A stretch of 64,000 nt of DNA from Abditibacteriaceae bacterium (GCA_965277285.1 OZ255721.1:2656001-2720000); one strand, 5' to 3'. Counted from the first letter of the stretch, positions 10,108 through 19,672 are shown. A program made the numbers and translations. The notes: generated from the letters alone by a model not told the origin.

Positions 10108-10749
10108 ATGTCTCGATTTTTTCGTTTTGTTCTGGCGATTATGATTATCGCTTTTGCGTCGCGCCCAAGCGCCGCAGCCGAAAACGCGGCGCCATTCGCG
10201 CTGTTTTCTCACACACTTCAAACTTTGTCGCCCGATGAATTGGCGAAAGCTCAAAGCATGACCACAATCGGCAAGCTGTCGGATGACAAGCAAAGCTTGA
10301 CTTTCGACGCGTCGGCGATTCGCCTGGTTGTGACGACTGGCCCCGCCGACGATATGTTGTCGTATCGTATTCAAGGCGTGCGCAACCCAACTTTGGTTGT
10401 TCCCAAAGGCGCGACTCTTCGCATTTTGTTCGTCAATACGGACGAAGATATGCCACACGATCTGCGTTTTGGCGCGGTTATGCCGCCGTTTCCTCTTGTG
10501 TCCGATGCGACGAATTCAGTCGGCAGCGCGAAACTTCAGCCTTTGACAAATGGCCAATATGCAGCGGATGAAGTTTCCTTTCAAACGACTTCAATTGGTT
10601 CGTTCACTTATTTTTGCAGCGTGCGCGGCCATGCCAAAAGCGGAATGTTTGGCACGATTGCAGTCGGTGTTGCTGCGCCCGATTCGAGTACTCGATCTGC
10701 GGGAACGATGGCTGGAATGGATATGGGCGGCATGAAGATGTCTGGCTAG
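10108..10749 (+). CDS. exported cupredoxin (rusticyanin/sulfocyanin-like)
   Basis: Signal peptide; NPTLVVP, N.D.DMPH, YFCSVRGHAKSGM type-1 Cu ligands; Met-rich tail. Confidence 0.8.
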   Translation: MSRFFRFVLAIMIIAFASRPSAAAENAAPFALFSHTLQTLSPDELAKAQSMTTIGKLSDDKQSLTFDASAIRLVVTTGPADDMLSYRIQGVRNPTLVVPKGATLRILFVNTDEDMPHDLRFGAVMPPFPLVSDATNSVGSAKLQPLTNGQYAADEVSFQTTSIGSFTYFCSVRGHAKSGMFGTIAVGVAAPDSSTRSAGTMAGMDMGGMKMSG

Positions 10750-10761
10750 GACAAAGGTTTG

Positions 10762-12078
10762 ATGTCGCCCATTTCGTCGCCGATGGCGATGCGTTCAACG
10801 GTTGATTTGAATGACCCGATGAGCCGCGAAAGTTCCGGCACGGCGTGGCTGCCTGATTCTTCGCCGATTTACGCGCAGATGCGGATGAAGGGCGATAAAA
10901 TGCTAATGTTTCACGGCGACGCTTTTCCCCGTTATACAAGCGTTGGCGGCGACCGCGATGTGTCGATTGCGGGGCAAGGCAGCCGCAGCCGACTGGACGC
11001 GCCGACGATGTTCATGGGAATGTACTCGCAGCCTGCGGGCGCGCGGGCGCAACTGGGTTTTCGCTTGATGACAAGCCTCGATCCTATTATTGAGCGTGGC
11101 TACGGTTATCCGTTGTTGTATCAAAGCGGCGAAACGTATGGCGGTCAAGCGATTCACGACCGCCAACATCCGCACGACTTAATTAGCGAACTTTCGGCGA
11201 CGTATTCGTGGCGACTGAGTGCAAATCGTTCGGCGTATTTTTATGTCGGTTATCCGGGCGAACCGGCGCTGGGGCCACCGACGTTTATGCACCGCGTTTC
11301 GGCAATGGATAATCCCGACGCGCCGATTTCGCATCACTGGCAGGATTCGACGCACATCACGTTTGGCGTGCTGACAGCGGGTTATTCGTTTGGGCGCTTC
11401 AAACTGGAGAGCAGCGTTTTCAAAGGCCGCGAGCCGAACGAAAATCGCTATAACTTCGATACGCCGAAGTTGGATTCTTTCAGCGGACGCTTGTCGTGGA
11501 ACCCGACGCGCGATCTGGCTTTGCAAGTTTCGCACGGCTACCTCAAAAGCCCTGAAGCGACGGAACCGAACCTGAACCAGCATCGCACGACGGCTTCGAT
11601 TATCTGGAACCAACCGTTGGGCGACGATTCCAACTGGGCGAACACGTTTTCTTTCGGGCAGATTCGCAGCGGCGGCGAAAAACCGACGAGTTCTTTTTTG
11701 TTCGAGACCGATTACCAGCGCCGTAAAAACACGTTCTACGCTCGCTTCGAGCGCGTTCAAAAATCGGCTCACGAGCTGGTTTTGCCAGGCGATAACGTGT
11801 TCAACGTCGGTTCTTATGCTGTCGGTTATGTGCGCGATCTCAGTCGCAACAAGGGTTTGGATGTCGGTTTGGGCGCGCAGGTGACATTTGGCACCAATCC
11901 GTCGAGCTTAGATTCCGTTTATGGCGGCGGGACGCATACCGGCTTTCAGGTTTTTCTGCGCATTCGTCCTTCGCGGTTGCGCATGGACGACATGAAGGAA
12001 AAAAGCGGCGACATGGCGGGCATGAATATGTCGTCTTCTTCAACGTCCACGACAATGTCGGGCATGAGCATGAAATAA
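10762..12078 (+). CDS. Met/His-rich putative outer-membrane beta-barrel protein (metal-associated)
   Basis: SGTAWLPD, DRQHPHD, GEPALGP..FMHR, HHWQDSTHI, alternating beta strands; Met-rich termini. Confidence 0.65.
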   Translation: MSPISSPMAMRSTVDLNDPMSRESSGTAWLPDSSPIYAQMRMKGDKMLMFHGDAFPRYTSVGGDRDVSIAGQGSRSRLDAPTMFMGMYSQPAGARAQLGFRLMTSLDPIIERGYGYPLLYQSGETYGGQAIHDRQHPHDLISELSATYSWRLSANRSAYFYVGYPGEPALGPPTFMHRVSAMDNPDAPISHHWQDSTHITFGVLTAGYSFGRFKLESSVFKGREPNENRYNFDTPKLDSFSGRLSWNPTRDLALQVSHGYLKSPEATEPNLNQHRTTASIIWNQPLGDDSNWANTFSFGQIRSGGEKPTSSFLFETDYQRRKNTFYARFERVQKSAHELVLPGDNVFNVGSYAVGYVRDLSRNKGLDVGLGAQVTFGTNPSSLDSVYGGGTHTGFQVFLRIRPSRLRMDDMKEKSGDMAGMNMSSSSTSTTMSGMSMK

Positions 12079-12162
12079 ACCAAAACGTGGCGCAAATGTC
12101 TTGTTGTGAGGCGCTTGCGCTGTTTTCCTTTGCGATTTCTTCACCACAAAGGAGGTGATTTC

Positions 12163-12360
12163 ATGCGGAATAAGTTCAATTTGCTGGCGGCTTTGATGGC
12201 TCTAACTTTGGGCGGCGTCGCTGTCGCTCAGGCTCAGGGTTCGAGTACTGGAAGTTCCAGCCAATGCTGCCCGAGCGGACAGTGCGCTCCGTGCTGTGCC
12301 AAATGCACCCAGTGCGACGCCAATTGCTCGCCTGATGATGTGCTGCAAAAAGTAACGTAG
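12163..12360 (+). CDS. small exported Cys-rich peptide
   Basis: RBS GGAGGTG; signal peptide then CCPSGQCAPCCAKCTQCDANC. Confidence 0.7.
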   Translation: MRNKFNLLAALMALTLGGVAVAQAQGSSTGSSSQCCPSGQCAPCCAKCTQCDANCSPDDVLQKVT

Positions 12361-12384
12361 TAACATCGAGAAAGCGGTAGTGGG

Positions 12385-13221
12385 TCAGTTTGAATCCAAG
12401 AGTTTAACGATTTCTTCAAGCGTCCAAACATGATCGGCAATGCCAGCGGCTACGGCGGGTGTTGTTTTGAGCGTTTGATGCACTCGACTAAAATTGTAGT
12501 ACATAAAGTGCAACGAAATCGCGCACGAATGATTTTCTAACTTTTTGCTAAACGCGTTGGTCAAGCGCGTGAAGCGGCGCATATTCATTCGCATTGTGAG
12601 GTTTGAGCGCTCTACAAAACTTGTGGATACGTGGTCTATATCGGGATTGCCCGTAATAGTCACTTTCTTCGCGCCTATGCAAGCTGTGGGGCTATATGAG
12701 CGCTGCCCTTGACCTTGTGGGTCATTCCCATAAAGTTTGACCAACATCGCATAATCAATATCACCTTCAAAGGCATCGCGCACGGCGTTGAGATAAGCGC
12801 GATGGCCGTCTGTAGTCAATTGCACGCGATTGGCGAGCCTTTCCATCACTTCGCCCATAAACTCATACGCCGATTCAACATCGCGGCGGCCTATCCACCA
12901 TGCCAGCATGAGTTTTGTATCAGGGTCAAGCGCCGTCCATGTCCACACGTCGCCGATGCCGAACTCATCACGCTTTTCTTCCGGCACGTTCTTTTCTTTG
13001 CAGCCGACAAACGACCAAATCTCATCGCATTGAACGCGCTCACACTTGAGACCGCGCAGCGTTTTGTCCTGATACGCGGAACAAACCCGCCCTAAATCCA
13101 CCAGCAATTTTGTCACGGTGTTTTTCGCAACGCCAGTAATGCGAACGGTTGAACGAATCGAATTGCCTTCAACCAAACAGCGGACAACGGCAATGCGGCG
13201 TTCTGTGGTGAGCTTGTTCAT
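12385..13221 (-). CDS. IS1-family-like DDE transposase
   Basis: HTH GNSIRSTVRITGV, QCDEIWSFV, TTDG, VERSNLTMR..RRFTR; actual strand is minus (track label is wrong); stop lies in the left TIR. Confidence 0.9.
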   Translation of the reverse strand: MNKLTTERRIAVVRCLVEGNSIRSTVRITGVAKNTVTKLLVDLGRVCSAYQDKTLRGLKCERVQCDEIWSFVGCKEKNVPEEKRDEFGIGDVWTWTALDPDTKLMLAWWIGRRDVESAYEFMGEVMERLANRVQLTTDGHRAYLNAVRDAFEGDIDYAMLVKLYGNDPQGQGQRSYSPTACIGAKKVTITGNPDIDHVSTSFVERSNLTMRMNMRRFTRLTNAFSKKLENHSCAISLHFMYYNFSRVHQTLKTTPAVAAGIADHVWTLEEIVKLLDSN

Positions 13222-13270
13222 ACTGAATAGTATACTTGAGCGATTATGAATATGCAAGCAAGTAAGTAAG

Positions 13271-13323
13271 AAACTTATGCTTGCATTGTAAGTTAATCGG
13301 TGCTACAATGCAAGCATAAGTTT
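13271..13323. promoter_or_regulatory. symmetric divergent promoter/operator
   Basis: 20-bp perfect IR with 13-nt spacer; TTGCAT-N17-TACAAT reads on both strands. Confidence 0.65.
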
Positions 13324-13340
13324 ACAGGAGGATGCTTGCG

Positions 13341-14354
13341 ATGAGTGAAAACTTCTCAGGGAAAGCGAAAGGTGGAAAGGCTTTAGCCGACATGATGTCG
13401 CCGGAAGAAAGAACGGAGAGGGCTAAAAAAGCCGCGACCGCCAGATGGGGAGCAAGGCCACCAAAAGCAACCCATAAAGGCAATTTTCAAGAAGAATTTG
13501 GAATTGACATTGAGTGTTACGTGCTTGATGATGAAAACAAAACTGCCGTGATTCATCAGCGCGGAATGGGTGACGCACTTGGTTTCAGCGAGAGCGGAAG
13601 CAGATTTCCGAGATTTATTAACGGCAAGAATATTTCTCCGTATATCGGGCCGCAGCTTCGTCAAAAACTTGAAAATCCCCTTGTATTTCAAGGACTTGAC
13701 ACGATTTCGGGCGGGCCATCAGGGAAAATTCTTCACGGCTTTGATGTTACTATCCTGATTGATGTCTGTAAGGCGATCATCGCTGCAGAAGCCGACGGGA
13801 ATTTAATGCCTAACCAAAGAGAGAGAGCGCAACGCGCGCACACTATTTTGGGAGCATCTGCCAAAGCTGGAATCAAGGGCCTTGTTTACGCCCTTTCGGG
13901 CTACGATGCCACAAAAGAAGAAGTTATTCGCACGTTCAAGTTGTACGTACGCGAAGAGGCCAGAGAATACGAAAAGGAATTCCCCGATCAGCTTTATAAT
14001 GAGTGGTATCGTTTGTATGGCATTCCGAGACCAGAAAAAAATCATCCGTGGAAATTTGCTCATTTGACAGTGCGTCAAGTTTATTTGCCACTTGCGAAAA
14101 GCAATGGGAAAATTCATGAACTGATCGTTGCACAAAAAGCTGCCTCGGGAGACCGTAGAAAAAAACTACATCAGTTCTTAGCTGATGTTGGAGTGAAAGC
14201 GTTACGCACACATTTAGGGCAGCTCTTGGGCATTGCACAAATTTCGCAAAGCAGGTCTGAATACGAAAGACACGTAAATAATGTCTTTGGTGACCAACGA
14301 GAATTGGACTTTGGAGACGTTACTTCTTCCACCGAGCCGCTGCCGCTTTCTTAG
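13341..14354 (+). CDS. P63C-domain protein with N-terminal KGG...AARW motif
   Basis: IECYVLDD, A.AGI.GLV...SGY, YEKEFPDQLY, VYLPL, KLHQFL. Confidence 0.8.
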   Translation: MSENFSGKAKGGKALADMMSPEERTERAKKAATARWGARPPKATHKGNFQEEFGIDIECYVLDDENKTAVIHQRGMGDALGFSESGSRFPRFINGKNISPYIGPQLRQKLENPLVFQGLDTISGGPSGKILHGFDVTILIDVCKAIIAAEADGNLMPNQRERAQRAHTILGASAKAGIKGLVYALSGYDATKEEVIRTFKLYVREEAREYEKEFPDQLYNEWYRLYGIPRPEKNHPWKFAHLTVRQVYLPLAKSNGKIHELIVAQKAASGDRRKKLHQFLADVGVKALRTHLGQLLGIAQISQSRSEYERHVNNVFGDQRELDFGDVTSSTEPLPLS

Positions 14355-14556
14355 CGATCTCAATTCGACGCTCTGGCGTAAGTTTCGCTGCGCGCGCCTT
14401 GCCGCCTTTGTTTCCACCCAAGCGCCCCAATGCAACAGCGGCGGGGTTCTTGGTGGACTCAACGGGCGACGTCTCACCAATCGCTTCTTGAAATACTCGA
14501 AAAGCAATCTCGTTTGTATCTTCCGGCCCTTGTTTCTTGCTTGAGCGCTTTTGCAT
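14320..14556 (-). CDS. small basic protein (KNPAAVALGRLGG.KGGKARA motif)
   Basis: Shares KGGKA...PEER...AKKAA.ARW motif with the P63C N-terminus. Confidence 0.75.
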   Translation of the reverse strand: MQKRSSKKQGPEDTNEIAFRVFQEAIGETSPVESTKNPAAVALGRLGGNKGGKARAAKLTPERRIEIAKKAAAARWKK

Positions 14557-14594
14557 ATGCTTATTGTACACTCATGAAATAAAGAAGTGCAAGA

Positions 14595-14891
14595 ATGGAG
14601 AAATTGGCAATGCTATACATAGCAACTACGCCGAGCGGCGACATAGATTTGACGGACATTGTGGCACGTCAATTTAGAGATGGAGGTTTTCGCGTAAAAG
14701 CCCGCAGCGGTAGTTCGGATACAGAGACGCTAATGAAACTGTATCAGCTTGAAGATAAATTCCCGTTGAGGATATATAGCGGGAATGATGAAATCGGCGG
14801 GGCGTTTTACTCTGTCACCGTGACGTTTCTTAACTCCGAAGTCCGAGCAAGTTTTGACTATATGGCACCGCTTGACCACGATTCAAACTGA
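14595..14891 (+). CDS. hypothetical IS cargo protein
   Basis: 98 aa; ends DSN* inside the right TIR. Confidence 0.5.
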   Translation: MEKLAMLYIATTPSGDIDLTDIVARQFRDGGFRVKARSGSSDTETLMKLYQLEDKFPLRIYSGNDEIGGAFYSVTVTFLNSEVRASFDYMAPLDHDSN

Positions 14892-14902
14892 CCCACTACC
14901 GA

Positions 14903-14940
14903 GAAAGCTGCTCCAGCGTAATGTTGGAGCAGCTTTTTTT
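14903..14940 (+). terminator. intrinsic terminator at the IS insertion site
   Basis: aaagctgctcca...tggagcagcttttttt. Confidence 0.7.
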
Positions 14941-15037
14941 AGCAATCGAGTACTCGAATCGTGTCGTTTAATGCTGACAGATTGTAGAATCGAACTTATG
15001 CCTCGAACTTTGATCACAATTCTCGCCAAACACTCTT

Positions 15038-16165
15038 TTATTGGCTGTTATAACTACGGACGTTGCTGTAAGGTTTCGCTTTAACGGCATCAACGACAAT
15101 CGGTGCGTTAGGCGTGAAGGTATAGTAAATCGCCTGATGCGTTTTGTTGTCGCGGTAGTAAATCAGTCCGTTCATCGACCTGTAATATATGACGTGTTCA
15201 CCTTTTCGCAGAACGTTTTGAGCGAGATAAGCCAGCGCTGCCTCACCGTACAATTTCACGGTTCCCTTTTGCGGAGTTGTCACCGAAAGTTTCAGCAAGC
15301 GCGCGAACTCCTTTTCGTCAATGCGGTCGACGCTGCCGTCGGCGAAAACGACGCCGCGCTTGCCATCGGCTGAAGCCTGACTCTCGTAAAGCACAACGGT
15401 CTTAGCTGGATTCGACAACGATTTAAGGGGCTGACCTGAAAGCGTAGCATTGGTGCGATAAGGTTTTTGCGTGTCAGTTTGAACCAATAGCACACCATAA
15501 GTATTGTATTGATCGGGTCCTCTCAACTCTTTTTGCATGGTGGCTGCGTCTTTGAGCGACGGAAGTTTGTGAACAGCGCGCACGTAGTTCGAGAGAAGAG
15601 TACCGATTTGTTGCAGGTTGGCCAGAGAAAGCTGGTTTACAATACTGATTCGCGCTTTTTGCGACTGCTGAATGTCTTTTTCGACATCCACGTTTTGGAC
15701 GTTATCAAAGCGACCTGTCATGCGCGGGTTGATCAACGAAAGCTGTAAAAGAGTTTCGTGCGACAGAGCAGGTGGAATGATTTGGTTGCGCAAACTTGAT
15801 GGATAACCATCGTAGACAGTCTGACCTGCAGATTGAGGCACTTGAGGTTCGGCTTGCGTCAGGCGATACATAATGACAAATGGTTCACCCGCAACGGAAA
15901 CTGTCTTGCCCTGTGTATAAAGGTAATCCGGTGGGTTATAAGTCCCATTTCTACCGTAGGGTGTACGTACCATTTGCAATAGAACACCGTTGTCGGAAGA
16001 ACTTGGTGTCATGCGCCGCCACGAATCGTTCAAATCTCCCAGACGCATGGTCAATGGCGCTACTTTGCCAGCAATAAAAGTTTCAAAATTGTTCTCAGCG
16101 TCTTGCGCGCGCAAAGGCAGCGCCACAGCAAAGGTCAGTGCGGCGATAACGAGTACTCGATTCAT
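15038..16165 (-). CDS. exported hypothetical protein with DUF1559/H-X9-DG-like motifs
   Basis: Signal peptide; SLANLQQIG; GKRGVVFADGSV. Confidence 0.65.
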   Translation of the reverse strand: MNRVLVIAALTFAVALPLRAQDAENNFETFIAGKVAPLTMRLGDLNDSWRRMTPSSSDNGVLLQMVRTPYGRNGTYNPPDYLYTQGKTVSVAGEPFVIMYRLTQAEPQVPQSAGQTVYDGYPSSLRNQIIPPALSHETLLQLSLINPRMTGRFDNVQNVDVEKDIQQSQKARISIVNQLSLANLQQIGTLLSNYVRAVHKLPSLKDAATMQKELRGPDQYNTYGVLLVQTDTQKPYRTNATLSGQPLKSLSNPAKTVVLYESQASADGKRGVVFADGSVDRIDEKEFARLLKLSVTTPQKGTVKLYGEAALAYLAQNVLRKGEHVIYYRSMNGLIYYRDNKTHQAIYYTFTPNAPIVVDAVKAKPYSNVRSYNSQ

Positions 16166-16180
16166 GGATTTCCTTGTGCG

Positions 16181-17845
16181 TTAAGCGCGCGCGTGGGCTT
16201 TGGAGCGGATCTCAGCGACGGTGTTTTTCAGGCTGGAATCTTTTTTGATTTCGGTTTTGACTTTTTCGTAGGAATGAATGACCGTCGTGTAGTCGCGGGC
16301 GAAGGCGCGACCGATGTCGGGATAACTCATCGAACCCATTTCGCGCGCTAAATACATCGCAATCTGGCGCGGCGCCACGATTTCCTTGTTGCGCTTTTTG
16401 CCCAGAATGTCGGCTTCCTTCATCTTGAAGTGCTCGGCCACGACCTGGATAATAGTCTCGACATCGACTTTTACCGGCTCGCTTTCAGCTGTCGAATAAT
16501 GACGCACTGTTTCGGCTGCCAATTCGATGTTGATGCGCCGTCCATCGAGCGAAGCCATCGCTAAAAGTCGCGTCAAACTTCCTTCCAGGCTGCGAATGTT
16601 GGAGCGAATTTTTTCCGCCAGATATTGCAAAACTGCCGGATCGACGTTGACGCCTTCGGCCTGCCCGCGCTTTTGCAAAATAGCGATTCTGTGTTCCAAA
16701 TCCGGCGGCTCGATATACGTAATCAAGCCCCATTCAAAGCGACTAATTAAGCGGCCTTCGGTCAGTTCCAAATCTTTGGGCGGCTTATCGGAACAAATCA
16801 CGATCTGCTTGCCCTGATCGTACAACGTGTTGAAGATGTGGAAAAACTCGACTTCGGTGCGCTCGGCGTTGCAAATATATTGAATGTCGTCAACCAGCCA
16901 AATATCGACGTTGCGATACATTCGTCGAAACGCCGTCATGCGATCTTCGCGGATACATCGCACCACTTGATACAAAAAGTTTTCGCCCGAAACGTAGACA
17001 ATCTCCGCCGGACTGCTGCGTTTGGTGTTGATGAAATGACCAATCGCTTGCATCAAATGCGTTTTGCCCAAGCCGACGCCGCCATAAATGAAAAGCGGAT
17101 TGTATTGACCTTTGGCTGGCGCGTTGGCAACCGCCCAACTTGCCGCGTGACTGACGTAATTGCTGCGTCCGACGATGAAGTTCTCGAACGTATATTTTTT
17201 GTTGAGCGGCGAACTGGAAAAGTCTTCCAACCCAGCCAGATCGCGCGCGGCTTTGGCGGACGCGGCGTTGGACGCCTGGCGAGACGACGATTCCAATTGA
17301 GTACTCGATGTCTGGGAAAACGGTGCGTTGATCGGCAACAACAAACTTTGTGCGACAAGGCTTTGCGAAGCATTTTGTGCGGCGTCGTTTTGCGCGCGAT
17401 CTTCCTGTTCCTGAAGCTCAGCGACGGTTCTTTCCGGCTCGGGCAAGTTATCAGTCGCAGGCGCGTTGCTCAGATCGTAAGTTTCGGTTGAACCGGCAGT
17501 TTGAAACGTCAACAAAATCGGGCGACCGAGAAATTGCTCGAGCGTTTCTTCGATGCGTCGCGCAAAACGACGAATCAGCCAGTCTTTAACGAAGTCGGAT
17601 GGCACTGAAAGCGTCAGCGAATCCTGGCGCAACGCAATTGGACGAATGTGTTTGAGGTAATTGTTGAAGGTCGGGCCGGAAAGTTCGGCCTGCAAGACGT
17701 CCATCACTTCGTTCCACGCCGCCTGCATTACGCCCGAAGGTTCGGCGGCAGAATTGGGATTGGAACCGCTTGGCGACATGCCATCGCCTGAAAAACCGCT
17801 GCCCATCGCAGATTGATTTGAAGACGACGCGTGAGAGTTATCCAT
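16181..17845 (-). CDS. dnaA: chromosomal replication initiator DnaA
   Basis: YTFENFIVG, YNPLFIYGGVGLGKTHL, DDIQ, SRFEWG, PRQIAMYL, RDYTTVIH; long linker; start uncertain. Confidence 0.98.
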   Translation of the reverse strand: MDNSHASSSNQSAMGSGFSGDGMSPSGSNPNSAAEPSGVMQAAWNEVMDVLQAELSGPTFNNYLKHIRPIALRQDSLTLSVPSDFVKDWLIRRFARRIEETLEQFLGRPILLTFQTAGSTETYDLSNAPATDNLPEPERTVAELQEQEDRAQNDAAQNASQSLVAQSLLLPINAPFSQTSSTQLESSSRQASNAASAKAARDLAGLEDFSSSPLNKKYTFENFIVGRSNYVSHAASWAVANAPAKGQYNPLFIYGGVGLGKTHLMQAIGHFINTKRSSPAEIVYVSGENFLYQVVRCIREDRMTAFRRMYRNVDIWLVDDIQYICNAERTEVEFFHIFNTLYDQGKQIVICSDKPPKDLELTEGRLISRFEWGLITYIEPPDLEHRIAILQKRGQAEGVNVDPAVLQYLAEKIRSNIRSLEGSLTRLLAMASLDGRRINIELAAETVRHYSTAESEPVKVDVETIIQVVAEHFKMKEADILGKKRNKEIVAPRQIAMYLAREMGSMSYPDIGRAFARDYTTVIHSYEKVKTEIKKDSSLKNTVAEIRSKAHARA

Positions 17846-17951
17846 TGGAAAGCAGCGTGGCAGGCAATTTCGAGGACTCGAAAAGTAGAAAAAGAAAGCT
17901 AAAAAGCCAAAATCAGACGACTTTACGGCGAATGCTGCTACTGTTTACCAC

Positions 17952-17985
17952 TTTTCCATAGACTTATCCATAGCTATGGATAAGT
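17952..17985. promoter_or_regulatory. DnaA boxes upstream of dnaA
   Basis: TTATCCATA 17964-17972 and TATGGATAA 17975-17983 form a palindrome; TTTTCCATA at 17952. Confidence 0.7.
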
Positions 17986-18420
17986 TGTGCGTAAATATCG
18001 CGTCTCTTGGTGAAAGAGCGCGAAGAGAAAGTGGCGAGACAAGCGAAGGACGAGTTGTTGGATGCTACCAAACGAAGCGAGGCAAAATTAAAAATGCAAT
18101 TTGAAATTGATTCCGAAGCGTTTTGGTTCGCTCGTTTTAGCGCAATGAGAGCTATGATGAAATGGTGCAAATGACAGTTTTGTCGGGTAGCGCACACGGA
18201 ATTGAAACGGCATTATAGCACGAACAGCGAACTACTTAAACTGTTCTTAGTGTTAATTTTCAGGAATGCAGCATCTCGAAAACGCGACGTTGCCGTCAAT
18301 TGGAGAAGGCTGCTATACTTTGCGCTCGTTTCGCTCCTTGAGGCGGCGCGCTGGAAATTTCGGTTTCGCGTGGCGTCCTGAGCTTCGGAAAAATTGAAAA
18401 GATCGTGGAGACAGTAGAAA

Positions 18421-18558
18421 ATGAAAAGAACCTATCAACCCAAAAGGCGCCCGCGCAAGCGCAAAGTCGGTTTCTTCGCGCGCATGGCGACACACGGAGG
18501 CCGCAACGTCTTGTCGCGCCGCCGCGCCAAAGGTCGCACAAAATTGACGCAAGTTTAA
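18421..18558 (+). CDS. rpmH: 50S ribosomal protein L34
   Basis: Own translation [45 protein letters not shown]. Confidence 0.97.
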   Translation: MKRTYQPKRRPRKRKVGFFARMATHGGRNVLSRRRAKGRTKLTQV

Positions 18559-18697
18559 CCAGGTGTTCTTCTCGAGTGAGCAATTCGAGTACTCGAATCG
18601 AGGCGTGAAATCAAGGAATGACGTTGTCGGGCGAAAGGGCCGTGTCCCATTGGGGCACGGCCCTTTTAGGTAAAAGTCGAAATCGGGAAAACCTTTC

Positions 18698-19291
18698 ATG
18701 TTGCCGCGCGACGAACGAATTGGAACGAGCGATTTTCGCCGCGCTTTTGAAAACGGCCAAATCGTGCGCGCCGGAATCTTGCAAGCTCGTTTTTATCGGC
18801 GCGATATCCAAAACGAATCAAAAAACCAAACGCGCGCAGCTTTTGTGGTCAGCCGTAAAACGGGAAAAGCGACGGTTCGCAATTCTGTGCGGCGTCGCTT
18901 GCGCGAAATTTATCGCTTGAGCGATTGGCGTGGTGAAGCGCGATTGGCGCAAACCGATTTGCTGATTTTCGCTGGAAACGCCGCCTTAGATGCGTCAAAC
19001 GACGACTTGAAAAAAGCCTTGAACGAATTGCTGCGGCGCGTGGCACAAAACCGCCGCACGCAAAACAATCTCTCACAAAGCGAACGTACGCCAAAAGAAA
19101 GTTCCGATGTGGGCGCCGCGGCGAAAAAAGATGGGATTGTTGCTCTGCGCCAGGCACGGCAATCGGCGGTTCGTCGTTTTACAGCGCACTCGACTTCGCC
19201 TCCTTTAACGAAACCGCTCAAAAGCCAGACGCCAACGCACGATATTTCTTCTGATGTCGCAGAAAAATCGAAAAGCGAAACGGATTTGTAA
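18698..19291 (+). CDS. rnpA: RNase P protein with C-terminal extension
   Basis: AFVVSRKTGKATVRNSVRRRLRE; synteny. Confidence 0.9.
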   Translation: MLPRDERIGTSDFRRAFENGQIVRAGILQARFYRRDIQNESKNQTRAAFVVSRKTGKATVRNSVRRRLREIYRLSDWRGEARLAQTDLLIFAGNAALDASNDDLKKALNELLRRVAQNRRTQNNLSQSERTPKESSDVGAAAKKDGIVALRQARQSAVRRFTAHSTSPPLTKPLKSQTPTHDISSDVAEKSKSETDL

Positions 19292-19315
19292 ACACAAGCG
19301 TCGTGCGTCCTCGTT

Positions 19316-19672
19316 ATGAAAGACGGAATTTGCTCGCACTCAAGCGAAGCGCAAGGTGAAGGCGTACAGATCGAGTACGCGAAAGAAGCAGCGCGAACGA
19401 GCGAAACTCAAGAGCGTTCGGGCGCGGTGCGCGTGGCGTTGTGGCTAATCAATTTTTATCGCATGGCGATTTCGCCCAGTCTGCCGCCCAGTTGTCGTTT
19501 CACGCCGACGTGTTCGCAGTACACTTATCAAGCCATTGCACGTTTCGGTTTGCGTCGCGGCGGTTGGCTGGGAATCAAGCGGTTGGCGCGTTGCCGACCT
19601 TTTGGCCCGTGTGGTCACGATCCGGTTCCCGACATAATGGTTCCCGATTTGGAAGAAAAAGGCGCGCTATAG
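19316..19672 (+). CDS. yidD: membrane protein insertion efficiency factor
   Basis: [11 protein letters not shown]...RC.P.G..G.DPVP. Confidence 0.93.
   Translation: MKDGICSHSSEAQGEGVQIEYAKEAARTSETQERSGAVRVALWLINFYRMAISPSLPPSCRFTPTCSQYTYQAIARFGLRRGGWLGIKRLARCRPFGPCGHDPVPDIMVPDLEEKGAL

Larger units (their letters stand above)
12376..14900. mobile_element. IS1-family-like element with cargo genes (2,525 bp)
   Basis: Perfect 21-bp TIR GGTAGTGGGTCAGTTTGAATC (12376-12396 / 14880-14900); 8-bp TSD GAGAAAGC (12368-12375 / 14901-14908). Confidence 0.92.

Noticed and set aside
12385..13257. ORF track entry labelled + strand
   Set aside because: The listed protein reads from the reverse complement (CAT at 13219-13221, TCA at 12385-12387), so it is annotated on the minus strand
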